Shown: piece after piece, positions 13,857-25,741 of the stretch
How positions within the stretch are numbered: position 1 is the stretch's first letter
How the letters are laid out: every line of letters starts with the position of its first letter
Source: Botryllus schlosseri
Taxonomy: Eukaryota
DNA length: 60,000 bases
Reading direction: 5' to 3'
NCBI GenBank assembly: GCA_051294905.1
Contig: CM119371.1
Span: 21,950,001-22,010,000, forward strand
Position numbers and translations under genes: made by a program
Notes under the pieces: model-generated
The model's database searches: none
Seen by the model: the letters and a program-made list of their open reading frames with translations, nothing else
What the model was told of the DNA's origin: nothing

Positions 13857-14054
13857 AATATGGCGTGAAATACACAATATTGGATATTATCATATAGTCC
13901 CGCAAGCAGGTGTATCACATCTACAGTCCCTGTCAACATGCAAATATTTTTTAAATCCGTCTCCACACCCTCTCAGATTTTTCTCTAAATTTATATACAA
14001 ATAAAGTATCTAGTTCTGAGTACAACGAAATCTATTTCGGACAATTTCGGTTAA
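13857..14054 (+). repeat. Near-identical direct repeat of 19361-19565
   Basis: aatatggcgtgaaatacac...ggacaatttcggttaa in both copies. They differ by a 7-bp duplication and about one substitution. Confidence 0.92.
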
Positions 14055-14916
14055 AGGGTGATGGACACTAGTTTACATTGAAGGCGAAGGCTCTGTTTGT
14101 TTATTATAATTTGGAGCGCCTCGTAACGCCTCATTACGCTTCATTACGCTTCGCCACGCTGAGCTCTAAAATCGATCTCCGAGCGTTTTTTTCGTGGCGT
14201 AGAGAAGCGCACAGCGGCGGCAACTTGGACTCGCGGCCGTAGTCGAATCAGTATATCACGATGCCGGTATTGATGAGTAGAGACCGAAAGAAAAAGCGAC
14301 TCCTTGGCGTTGACTTTGCTACTTTTGACTGAAACTAAAGAAAAGAAAAGATTGAGGGTTGACCCAATATTGAAGAAAAGAGAAACATTAGGTAAGTAGA
14401 CCACCAATGCTTTATATTACTCTTATGAAATGAAGTATTTCCCAGTACCAATTTTAACCTACTCAGAATCGGTTCGTCTGCCGGAAAAAATTGTCTGACA
14501 GGCCAGATGCGACTCGCGGGTCGTATGTTTGACGACCCTGCTCTAGAACCATCCGTGCCAAAAGCGATATCATTTTGGCGTGATTTCAATTTTTGAAGTT
14601 CCACCGTCCCGCCAAATACCTTATAAAATTTTATCGGTCCACGAGGTGAAAATTTGAGAACCACTGCTCAACAGTCAACACTTATGTGAAGTACCATAAA
14701 TGCTTTTTTTCAACTCATAAATACTATTCAATGGCATAGCCAATTCTCAATTATCTCACTATCCTTTCCACTTGGCTATTTCAATGAGGTGGACCAATTT
14801 CCTGCTAATCCGTGCCGTATCTTTTTTTTTGTTTATTGGCGATGTCTCCATCCAAACACCACCATAGGCCCTTGTCAAGATCAAAACAAATAGGAAAGAC
14901 ATCCCTACCTCTACAG

Positions 14917-16514
14917 CAGTGGTTCCCAACCTTTTTCGGTGTCAGAGTGTCAGGGCCAAATTTAGAATTTCAGAGTCGGTCGGGGTTGCACCAATACCAG
15001 GGCAATGAAACATACCCAAAATAGTCATCAATATATGAAAATCGGCAGTGTTCTGATCAATCGTTATTGTTATGGTCATTGTGCTGCTGCGCTCCCAGTG
15101 CTCAGAACAATTGACCCTTGGTGGCTATTTAGGAGTAGTTTTATTGCGCTGGCGAGATTTCAATTCGTATTTTTGGATTCATTGCAACACTAGCTTTCGA
15201 TAATGACCAGACCTATTAAATTATTCGGACGCTTCGGTCGTGAGCTATAGGACTACCAATTATGCTGCTTTCGGGGCAGTTTTGTGAGTCAGCTTTTATC
15301 GCCTATAAGCGCGAAAATTTTCTATAATTCAGATTGAATCGGTCAATATGATCGGGAATCGAATATATATTGCCATCAATTTTAATCCTCTCTCTGCTCG
15401 CGTAATCAGTTCTACATGTAGAGCCGAGGGAGGTGTGTTTGAAAAGGTGGGACCACTCAAAAATAATTAAACATCTTCTAGCGTATACCTGTTGGCAGGA
15501 ACGAAACAGCACTTCGTCAGCCCCCTCCCCAAAAATAATAATAAATAAAAATAAACTCAACTTGGGTCTTGGGCTCCCATAGGATGATAAACCTACCCCT
15601 GTTACCTTTTCGCTGTTGCCACAAAACTAATGGTAATGTTAAGTGGGCCAGAGTGAAGCGCGAAAATTTTCGATAATTCATGATAAAATCGGTCAATATG
15701 ATCGGGAATTGCATATATATTGCTATCAATTTCTTGTCCTCGCTTCTCACGTAATCAGATTAACCGGTAGAGCCGAGTGATGTGTCTTGGAAACTGTAGG
15801 GCCCGTTAGTATGATTCCGTAATAAGTTATTTCGTGACCTCCTGTCTGCTATATCAAAAATATAGAATTGCCCAAACGTAGGCTTCTGAACTGAAAGACG
15901 CACACGATTTCAAATTGTTATTTCTTCACTGGAATATAATTTTTCCCTGTCTCATGAGGTTCAGATTGCCTAGGCAGTATTTTGTATATATAACGAAGTC
16001 TTCAGTCATCATAAGGGAAGTCCTGTTGGGCCAAGGTTTTCTCGCTGCCGATCGTTCTGACCCACTTCTTGGAGTCGCATGTTACATGGCCTAAAACTTA
16101 ATATGTCTTGGTGCGTCGTGGCGCGGTAATGGCCAACGCCGATATGCCCAATGCCTATTTCTATAAATTTTACGCATTTTTTCTTGGGGATGACTACCCA
16201 AAAATCTCGATATTTGGCAGCATGAAATCACGCCTAGAGTGAAAAATTTTTGAAAAAGATTCATAATTTTGAAAAAACACTCTATAATTCATGCTAACTC
16301 ACGAAATAATTTTTTGCCCCGTTGGGGGTTTCACATGCGGCAGTTATGGTCCTGTCTTTACCTAGTGACGATAGCAGTCTACTAACTTTCCTGCAATCCT
16401 AATTAAAAACTCCAGACTCCAAGCCAAGCAAGTGTATTTTATAAATATAAATTTTATTTGTTGTCATATCTCGATTTCCTAATATTTTCTGGGGGCCGCG
16501 GTTGGGAATCATTG
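14917..16514. mobile_element. Non-autonomous hAT (Buster-type) element inside the Harbinger intron
   Basis: TIR cagtggttcccaac / gttgggaatcattg. TSD CTCTACAG at 14909-14916 and 16515-16522. Homologous (inverted) to 42674-45953. Confidence 0.88.
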
Positions 16515-16537
16515 CTCTACAGGCATACCTGGAAATC

Positions 16538-16731
16538 CAATGTTGCCTCTCAGCTGCGCACGTGCGCAAATGCGCAGTGCTGACATGGTCTCTGCGCACA
16601 CAAAATCTAAGTTGCGCACGGAAAATCCGAAGTGATGACCTTTTTTTTAGTCCTTACGCACTGTCGTCCAAGTGTCTACGCAGTAAGTTGGTGAGTGTGC
16701 GCAGACTCGTCAAAAATTAGAGGTAACATTG
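16538..16731. mobile_element. ~190-bp hAT MITE (CAATGTTCCCTCTAA TIR), copy 1
   Basis: Ends caatgttgcctct / agaggtaacattg. Internal tgcgca repeats. Copies at 18447-18631 and 36457-36640. Confidence 0.8.
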
Positions 16732-17974
16732 CCTGGAACATGATTTTTAGTCATGACCGTGTGATGCAATTGGTCACCGTAAATACTATTATTTGTAAAA
16801 TGAACGAAATTCCAATTTGACTGACCTCGGGTTCTACTGGTTGGAATTGAGTCAAATTTGGTAACGTGACGATTTGACGACTAAGCCGATGAAATTTGAA
16901 AAAAAAATTGTACGCCCCTATTGCTTACATTGAAAAACAGATCATTGATTAGAAACCATTTGATGTATTATTATATTTTTAGGCGAATATCATCGACTTG
17001 TTCAAGAGCTTCGGCACAATCATGAAGAAGAAGAATTTAATAGAATATGGCATTTTCCAAATTGCCTCGGATCAAGAGACGAGAAGCGTATCATGTTGCA
17101 AGCACCAGCCAACTCTGGCTCATTATTCTTCAACTATAAGAAATATTTTAGTATTGTGCTACTAGCAGTTGCTGATGCTTCATACAAGTTCAGAGTGGTT
17201 GACATTGGTGCGTACGGTGCTCAATGCGACAGCTCGATATTTGCGAATTCGGCCTTTGGCAAACTTCTTGCAGACATATATTCACCATGATCAACTTTGA
17301 ATTAATGAGACAGACATACCCATGGTTAAAATATTGCCGAAAATTATTGAAAATTTTCAAAAACTGTATTTCTTCAAGTTTAAAAAAATAGATACTTTGA
17401 TTCCACTGTTACGATATACGAAATTGTTGCTGTATGTGTGGCATTGAGAAAGTTGCCTACATTTATGCAACTCTAGTAGAATGCATGCCGGTCTCCATTT
17501 TCATGTTGTATTTCCTATCAAGTAGGCTACTGCACGACCGTACTAATATGAGTTTATCTGATTGTTATACTGTGAGCTGAGCGAAAACATTCCGTGTTGT
17601 AGAATAAATGTCTCCCTATTAACCTTTGTCGGGTGATGGACCCTGGTTTACACTGAAGCTGAAAGCTCTTCATATTTTACAAAACTTTCGCCGGACACCA
17701 ATACTTGATCAGTCGAAAGGGCCTTTTTGCACAGTAAAGACCTTCTGCAGGTTGACACAAATAACAACAGGTTAGAAACATTTCATGTTATTTACAGGAA
17801 AGAAGGATACTGCATGCCAATATACACAAAGTATATGGGTGCATCACAATTGAAACATAAGTAAACAGTCAAAGAAGGGAACTGCATGTTATTTACAGAC
17901 ATTATATTTGCGCATCACAGTAAAACCATGAAAACTGTCAAAGGATGAGGCTACTACATATTCCATGTCTCCAA

Positions 17975-19041
17975 CTAATCTTCACTTCTATTTTCTGCAA
18001 CTACTTTCATAATTTCAATTTCCACTTTCAGCCTTTTCTCTGGATTCATACTTCTCCAAGAGCGGTGCAAGCATGCGTGCGAATAAGTCAACTTCGTCTT
18101 CTTTCTCATCTACAAAAATTAAACTAGATGCATTCAGGATATTTTTTTCATAAATAAGATTGTAATAATTACCTGCAGTAATGCGTTCAATCGCAGAAAA
18201 AATGATTCGCTCACTATCTGACGACCGTGAGTCTTCTTTGTTTTGCTTTCCTGGAATCTGTTTGCCTAATGGCGTGCTGCAATCACTTGGCAACGATGGT
18301 GCTGGATCTCCAGAATGCAATGGTCCTGTAGAGTGATAGGCACATAATATACACCTATTCTATATAAATAACGAAACACAATTTGACAGGGTGTTCACAA
18401 TTAATATTTGTAACTGAACTGAGCTGCTGGTAACTAAAGTCTTGCCCAATGTTCCCTCTAAGCTGCGCAAACGCGCATCGCTGATACGGTCTCTGCGCAC
18501 AGAAAATCTAAGTTGTGCACAAAAAATCCGAAGTGATGAACTTTTTTTGGTATTTACGTACTGTTGTCCAAGGGTATGCGCAGTGAGTTGGTGAGTGTGC
18601 GCAGACTCGTCAAAAATTAGAGGGAACATTGGTATTGACCGACGTCTTTCATGTTACATGAAATTTGAATGTTGTACTAACCTTGATTCTGCAAACCGCC
18701 ATTCAGAACTTCAGTCAGGGTCAAAGTAACTAGAGGGTCATGTGTATCTAGAGCAGTGGTTCCCAACCTTTTCCCAGCCACTCCCATCGATATTTATCAC
18801 GGAGATAATTCCATTTCTTTTACATTCATCAACTATGAGAAAAAACAAGCAAAGCAATTGGTGAGTAGTTCGAAGTACGGTACTGTACTCGTTTTCTTAA
18901 ATAATTACCTGGAAATTGTACATCCCGGCTCACGCGTTCCCAGCAGTTTTGCATAGCCACTTTGTCGCCATACAATTTGTGAGACTTTAAATACAGCGCT
19001 GGGAATTGCCTTACCAATTCGATCAGTACCTCCGGATCCAT
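17975..19041 (-). pseudogene. MADF(Myb/SANT-like)/BESS-type DNA-binding gene of the same Harbinger element, multi-exon, decayed
   Basis: Exon 19041-18909 MDPEVLIELVRQFPALYLKSHKLYGDKVAMQNCWERVS|gtaatt (MADF). Exon 18325-18173 is bounded by ag/gt. Last exon from 18109 DEKEDEVDLFARMLAPLLEK (BESS-like). Convergent with the transposase, consistent with the two-gene Harbinger layout. Confidence 0.8.
18447..18631. mobile_element. ~190-bp hAT MITE, copy 2
   Basis: caatgttccctctaa / ttagagggaacattg. Degenerate TSD gtcttgcc / gtattgac. Confidence 0.8.
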
Positions 19042-19431
19042 TAATGCAGATTGCAAAATCACAGCCGTAATAGTCTATTATATGGAATCGGTGTCTCGTG
19101 CACACCAAAGATTCTACTGACTGTACACAGGTGTGACGCCGAGTACCGCCTTGGCACACCAAAGATATTGCGCTAAACGTACCGGGATTCCAACCTGATA
19201 GACATTGTGCCGGGAATGTTTGTTGTTAGCGCGCGAACAATCAGCTGATCTCAGTGACGCCTGACTGAGCACAATTTACGCTGCCAGTGTGAACCTCAGG
19301 TTCGCTTCACTTAGTTTAGCTTAGTTTAGCGTAGCTTAGCTTATTCTCAGTGTACACCACAATATGGCGTGAAATACACAATATTGGATATTATCATATA
19401 GTCCCGCAAGCAGGTGTATCACATCTACAGT

Positions 19432-21253
19432 CCCTGTCAAGTGTCAACATGCAAATATTTTTTGAATCCGTCTCCACACCCTCTCAGATTTTTCTCTAAA
19501 TTTATATACAAATAAAGTATCTAGTTCTGAGTACAACGAAATCTATTTCGGACAATTTCGGTTAACGGTTCTCGAGTTATTGCAGTTTGAAAAATGATGA
19601 TTTTGTCATTACTCAACCATGAAATTTGGCAACATAAAACCGGTGTATGATTGTAACTGATATAGCTCAGAGGTTACTTAGAGTAAAGGTTTGAATGTTA
19701 TTTAGCAATAATTGTTGGTACATGTTCTTCACTTGCCACGAATTTCCCTGCTCCACAGTATTGGGTCAAGGTTCGAAACGCGATTTTAAAATTGGCATAT
19801 GTTAAAATCGGTGATGCATAACGATATTTTTCAACTCATCTCGTGCAATTCTATTTAAACCAAAAATCACAAGCAAGGTGTCATTTGAAAATTGTTTCCA
19901 ACTAGAATGCACGAAACTTAGTTTTATTATTGATATTTGACAGCAACATGGTTAAAGATATTATATGGTGCATAATGCAAATTAGGTCATTTTTTAATTA
20001 ATTTAAATTATATTAATTCAGTGATTACCTGATTTTGACATTATTCTTCTCCTTATATGATAATGTGTATCAGTAGATAATTATTGCCATGCTCAGAGAG
20101 TACTTTTATTTATTGCATGTGCATTATGCTTGCAAGGGTGCTTCTGGGTTTACCGACTATCAGTAATTCGAGTCAACATCCAAATAATATTTCAATTCGT
20201 CTTCACACCCTCTCAGATTTCTCTGCAATATCATGTACAGCTAAAGTACCCAATTCTGAGTAGAATAGAATTTAATTAATATAACTTTATTGATCGGTTC
20301 TTGAGCAATTGCAGTATGAAGAATGAGGATTGAGGATTTTGTGCTTACTCAACCATGAAATTTGCGTATAATTGTAACTGCTAAAATCATTACTTATACA
20401 GGCTGCAGGTAATAATGCTGGTAAGCAATGATTGGTGGTACATGTTCTTCGCTCACTAGGAATTCCCCTCCGTATTAAAGAATCAAGGTTAAAATCTTGA
20501 TTTGAAAATTGACATACCAGTATGTTGAAATCAGCGATGCGTGACGATATTTCTGAACTCTCTGGCACGACTCTATCTACCTCAAAATTCATAAGTAAGG
20601 TGTCATATGAAAGCTGTTACCAATTAGAATCCACCAGAATTGGTTATGAATCGGATATAAGACAGGAACAGGTTTAAAAATATACTTTGACACTTTATGC
20701 AGAACAGGTCATGCACTATTTAGAGCGCATCTTCTCAATGAAGTTTTAGACAAGTGGCAGTCAAATATCACATGCAATACCAATTCAGCAACGTTCTACT
20801 CTTTCCAAGCTTCCATTTGACACCTTCCTTGAAAAAATCGGTTTAAATAGAATTACGCTAGGCAGAGTTGCATATTTGTTACGCATGGCTGATTTCGAAA
20901 ACATGATGACTTTGAATTGACATTTGACCCCTAACCCCCATTAGTAAAGTTAAAAATTTAGGTCTATCACAATAAGCATATACCAAAATATCTTACTACA
21001 GAAATTTAAGTCTGCCCGGCAGCAATTTGATCACTATAATGTTAATTACAATTAGACACAGGTTCCAAGCAGTATAACGTCACGGCCGAGTGAGCACAAA
21101 ATGTCATTTTTCAAATTGCAATAACTCTGTAACGAATTGTCCGATTTTCTTGAAACAAAGTTTGTTATGCACCAAATTTAATGCCTGATCGATGTGAAAA
21201 TTCTCAATTTGATCTGAAATGGTGTGGAGACGGGCGTTTGCATGTTGAGAGGG
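19432..21253. mobile_element. Long-TIR non-autonomous DNA transposon with internal ~720-bp-period direct repeat
   Basis: ccctgtcaa..catgcaaa...ccgtctccacacc...ttattgcagtttgaaaaatga is inverted at 21105-21253. 19460-19960 is repeated at ~20180-20690. Confidence 0.7.
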
Positions 21254-21658
21254 AATTACTGGGAGTATAAATTGCAACACTTTGCCACAGCTTGGCAGCG
21301 GTTGCCTCTGATCGAATGAAAGCCAGATCGAATGAGATCTGCTTGCGGTTAGTAGGTTCATGTTGGGTTTAGAGGTTGTCAGTTACCATATACTCCAACA
21401 GGATGTCTCTCGGTTACGAGATATACACATTTCATGGTTGGATGGTAACAGGATTCTCCTATAGATAATATATGCACGTGTTGGATTTGCGTATATAGTA
21501 TATAATTGAAGAAATAATATTATTATCATCGAGGGACGTAGGAATTAGGATGAGGAGTAAAAACAAAACCGTGATTTGTCAGATAAGACGTTATATAATA
21601 TCCAGTGGTATGGTTAGTTAGCCAGACGAAGTAACGATGCAGCATAGTGATCTGAAAT

Positions 21659-22283
21659 CATAGTGTCCTATATGGTGTCGACAAGCAAATCTCACGGCTC
21701 AGTGAAATTGTATCACGTCACAATTTCCATTTGGCTACAGGCAATTTGACGGTCATTTTTGACCGGCTTGCCGAGCATTAAATTTGGTAAAACGGGTATC
21801 AATCGAAGGCTGAGTCTGCACTGATTACGAAAATATAAATTTTATTCCGCTCATCGCCCTGGAACTCCCACAATCAGCCTCGAATTTTTCATTGTTATGG
21901 AGATTGGCATTGGGACGCAACAATGCTGTCTGGCGAAACGAGAGAGAAACTCATGACGCAACAATGCTGTCTGGCGATACGAGAGTGTAGCTCAAGAGAA
22001 AAAGGTCCAAAAAGCATTGTTGCGTCCCAATGCCAACCTCCACAACAATGAAAAATTCGAGGCTGATTGTGGGGGTTCCAGGACCGCAAGCGGAATAAAA
22101 TATATATTTTCGTAATCAGTGCAGCGTCAGCTTTCGATTGATACCCGTTTTACCAAATTTAATGCTCGGCAAGCCGGTCAAAAATGACCGTCAAATTGCC
22201 TGTAGCCAAATGGAAATTGTGACGTGATACAATTTCACTGAGTCGTGAGATTTGCTTGTGTCGACACCATATAGGTCACTATG
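21659..22283. mobile_element. Foldback MITE with CATAG termini and 7-bp TSD (P-element/Galileo-like)
   Basis: ~270-bp near-perfect arms catagtgtcctatatggtgtcgac / gtcgacaccatataggtcactatg. TSD CTGAAAT at 21652-21658 and 22284-22290. Confidence 0.85.
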
Positions 22284-22299
22284 CTGAAATCGTATTGTG

Positions 22300-22851
22300 G
22301 ATTGCCAACCCACGGATAGATTCGCAAGATCTGAGTCACGGATGAATGCACTGACAAACGTACTGAAGAGCCGGCTAAAAGCAGCAAACTTTGTAGTCCT
22401 AGAGCTGGCGATCCAAGCGTCCAAATTTGATGCATCTGGTCTTTATCGTAAGCTATTGATGCACTAATTCCGAAAATACAAATTAAAATCTCGTCAGGGC
22501 AATGTAACTGTTCCACAATTGCCGTTTAAGACCGACTGTTCTGAAAAGTGAGGGCGCCGCAGCAGCATGACCACAACAAGGACCAATTACGCGCAGCGAT
22601 TGTTCAGAACAATACTGATTCCCAGACTTTCACGACTATTTTGGGATGGTACCATTGCCTGGAAATATACTTTTATTGCGGAATCAGTGCGACACTAGCT
22701 TTCGATTAGGACCATACTTATCAAATTCCGACGCTTGGATCGCCAGCTATGGGACTATCAATTCTGCTGCTTTTAGCCGGCTCAACAGTTCGCTTCTTGG
22801 CGTATTCAATCGTGAGTCACGTGTTGCGAATCCATCCGTTGGTTAGCAATC
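22300..22851. mobile_element. Older foldback/long-TIR element
   Basis: gagccggctaaaagcagca...agctggcgatccaagcgtc (22368-22421) is inverted at 22730-22784. Partial copies near 15190-15290 and 43255-43345. Confidence 0.7.
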
Positions 22852-24179
22852 TAATAATTGTACACAATGGCAGCCGAGGCCAGCATAGCGGTAAAAATAA
22901 AAAAATTCGCCCGCAAGGGCGCAGTCAAGGGCTTCTGCGAATGGATCCACCAAATTCCTTGTCGACATTTAAAGAGAATGCATTATAAAGTCAATTATTT
23001 TATGTTGTGCTTGACAGGTCTCAATAGCAATTTAATGTATTGAAATTGTAATCGAGCAAAATTTTTGTCAAATTACAATTACACAAAATAAAAATGCTTC
23101 AATTACAATACAATTACATTGAAAAATGTAATTATTTACATTCAGCCTAATTACAAATTACAATTGATCCAACTCTGGCCACCACCTACATTTGTTTAAA
23201 TGGATTTAGGGCATCTCATTCATATCAAATCCAAGGAGCGGAATTTCATGATATGACAACGAATTTCAAGAAATGCAGTTACAGAATTCGCTTTGAAATA
23301 GTAGTCAACTCAATTTCTATAGATGAATAGTATATGATCTTATTATCAAGAAAAGTCGTTTTCTTGACGTTTATTACTAAGCCCACAATTATCATTTGCA
23401 CAAGACAGATGACGATTGCACGATGATTAAGCTAAGTTTGAACTAAAACTTCGTGGGGGTCCGCCGGGTCCGTGACGGTCCGAAAGGGGTCCGCGAAGAC
23501 AAAAAGGTTGAGAACCACTGCTCTAGAGATCCACATCAAACTGTTCTGAACAACAGACCCAGGCCAAATTACCACAAAGTGTTCATTGAAACTGATTTAT
23601 GCAGTGAGAAACAACTTTTTCAGGAACTCATCGTACACTGTAACTGAAATATGGAAACAGGAAAAACATTTTCATACCGGAACAATTAGGTAAGAAAAAC
23701 AATGTATATGGAATTTTTTGTGGTAGCGATAAATGGATATTTGCAAGAGGCTTAGTGACACGAAGACACATAACTTAACTATTTGTACAATCTCAGCCCA
23801 GGAATCATGCAGGCTGCAAGGTCGATCCAAAAATATATTCACTATTTGCTTGTACAGATTTGATTGCAATTCTTAATTGTATTGATATGGTGGCAGAGTA
23901 AATGCAAGACTCCTTTGAATAACAGAATAACGTTTCTCTATGCCTTTGTTCATTTTGAAGTAGTCCTACATTTTTGTATCAGCAGTAACATTCAGCAACT
24001 AAATACAAAATCGGTTCTTCAGCTGGACAACAAAACAACTCGAACCATTTCAAACAGATGAATGAAATATTTGTCAATCTGACAATTCATCAAATACAAA
24101 AGATTAAAAAATTCTAGGACATGAGATGTTTCCTGTGATCACGAAAATGTGCTTCCAGCAAGAATATTTGTCACCTACT

Positions 24180-24604
24180 GCATGAATATTCACATCTTCA
24201 CACTCACTGATGAGTAAGTGACCAATTTTCCACGCTCTAAAACTTGAAGTTTCTTATTTGTATTCTAATGTGTTTTCGAGTGGCCGATCAAAGCCAAATC
24301 TTTTCCGTAGATCTGACATGCATAGTTTTTGGCTACAGTGTTTTTATTTCCATGTTATTTCAAGTTACCAAGCAGAGTAAATGCTTTTCAACAGATAAGA
24401 CACACATGGTTTTAGACTCAGGTATGTGTATGTCAATATATTTGCAAAGCACAAAGCCGGGTTAACGCTTTTCCGGAAATCTGACACACATAGTATTTGA
24501 CACCGATATGTGTAGTTTCATGTGTTTAACCAAGCCGGTAAACGATTTTCCGCAGATCTGACACTCATAGTTTTTTACTATAGTATGTACATTTCAATGT
24601 GTTT
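24180..24604 (-). pseudogene. Decayed C2H2 finger repeats downstream of the ZF ORF (likely now 3' UTR)
   Basis: The 84-bp periodic finger pattern (ttttccgcagatctgacactcatagtt) continues past the stop, with indels and lost Cys/His. Confidence 0.75.
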
Positions 24605-25741
24605 TCAGGTTGACGAGCCGCACAAGATATGACAATCGTGATTTTTGACTTCGTTATGCACTTTTCCATGTCTTTTCAAGTTACCAAGCTGGGTAAACGC
24701 TTTTCCACAAATCTGACACTCATATTTTTTGCCTCCAGTATGTGTATTACCATGTCTGGTCGAGTTACCAAGCCGAGTAAACGCTTTACCACAAATCCGA
24801 CATTCATACTTTTTGAGCCCGGTATGTCTTGTTAGATGTTCTTTCAAGTGCTGAAGCTTGGTAAAAGCTTTTCCGCAGATCTGACACTCATACTTTTTGA
24901 CTCCGGTATGTGCTGTTAGATGTTCTTTCAAGTGAGCAAGCTGGGTAAACGCTTTTCCACAGATCTGACACTCATAGTTTCTCAATCCAATATGTGTATG
25001 TCCATGTCTAGTCAAGTCACGAAGCCGAGTAAACGCTTTACCACAGATCTGACACACATAGTTTTTGATTCCGGTATGTGTTGTTAGATGTTCTTTCACG
25101 TGACCAGGCTGGGTAAATGCTTTTCCACAGATCGGACACTCATAGTTTCTCACTCCAGTATGTGTATGTCCATGTCTGGTCAAGTCACGAAGCCGAGTAA
25201 ACGCTTTGCCACAGATCTGACACACATAGTTTTTGATTCCAGTATGTTTAGTTCGATGTTCTTTCAAGTGAACAAGCTGGGTAAATGGTTTTCCACAGAT
25301 CTCACATGCATAGTTTTTGATTCCTGTATGTGTATGTTCATGTTTTTTCAAATCATAACGCCGGGTAAATGCTTTTCCGCAGATGTGACATTCATAGTTT
25401 GTGACTGCGGTATGTGTAATCCCATGTGTTTTCAAGTTACCGAGCTGACTAAATGCTTTTCCGCATATCTCACATTCATAATTTTTGACTCCAGTATGTG
25501 TATTTCCATGTTCTTTCAAGCTGCTATCCTGGGTAAACGCTTTTCCACAAAGTTCACATTCATACTTTTTGATTCCAGTATGTATATCTCCATGCCTTTT
25601 CAAGTCACCAAGCCGGGCAAACGCTTTTCCGCAGATCTCACATTCGGTATTCCTATATTCAAGGTGGAATTGAAGGTGAATTTTCAATCCGTCTGGAAAA
25701 TGGAAGCTCTTTCCACAGATCAAACACATTTTCTTTGTCAT
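24605..25741 (-). CDS. Tandem C2H2 zinc-finger protein, 13 intact fingers, no effector domain in ORF
   Basis: 378-aa ORF with 13 CxxCGKxFx8HxxxH units and TG(I/V)KNY-type linkers. In-frame TAA 9 nt upstream of the ATG. Candidate splice acceptor tttattag at 25837-25838. Confidence 0.92.
   Translation of the reverse strand: MTKKMCLICGKSFHFPDGLKIHLQFHLEYRNTECEICGKAFARLGDLKRHGDIHTGIKKYECELCGKAFTQDSSLKEHGNTHTGVKNYECEICGKAFSQLGNLKTHGITHTAVTNYECHICGKAFTRRYDLKKHEHTHTGIKNYACEICGKPFTQLVHLKEHRTKHTGIKNYVCQICGKAFTRLRDLTRHGHTHTGVRNYECPICGKAFTQPGHVKEHLTTHTGIKNYVCQICGKAFTRLRDLTRHGHTHIGLRNYECQICGKAFTQLAHLKEHLTAHTGVKKYECQICGKAFTKLQHLKEHLTRHTGLKKYECRICGKAFTRLGNSTRHGNTHTGGKKYECQICGKAFTQLGNLKRHGKVHNEVKNHDCHILCGSST

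Larger units (their letters stand above)
14261..17290 (+). pseudogene. PIF/Harbinger transposase remnant (exon ~14261-14391, intron 14392-16982, exon 16983-17290)
   Basis: Exon 1 ...LLLLTETKEKKRLRVDPILKKRETL G|gtaagt joins in phase to ttttag|GEYHRLVQELR...WHFPNCLG...QAPANSGSLFFNYKKYFSIVLLAVADASYKFRVVDIGAYG, the HARBI1-type DDE core. It has a frameshift, an internal deletion and a 3' truncation. Confidence 0.88.

Noticed and set aside
14051..14070. TTAA|AGGG as a Kolobok/piggyBac left end
   Set aside because: No matching inverted right end found. The similar sequence at ~17631 is in direct orientation.
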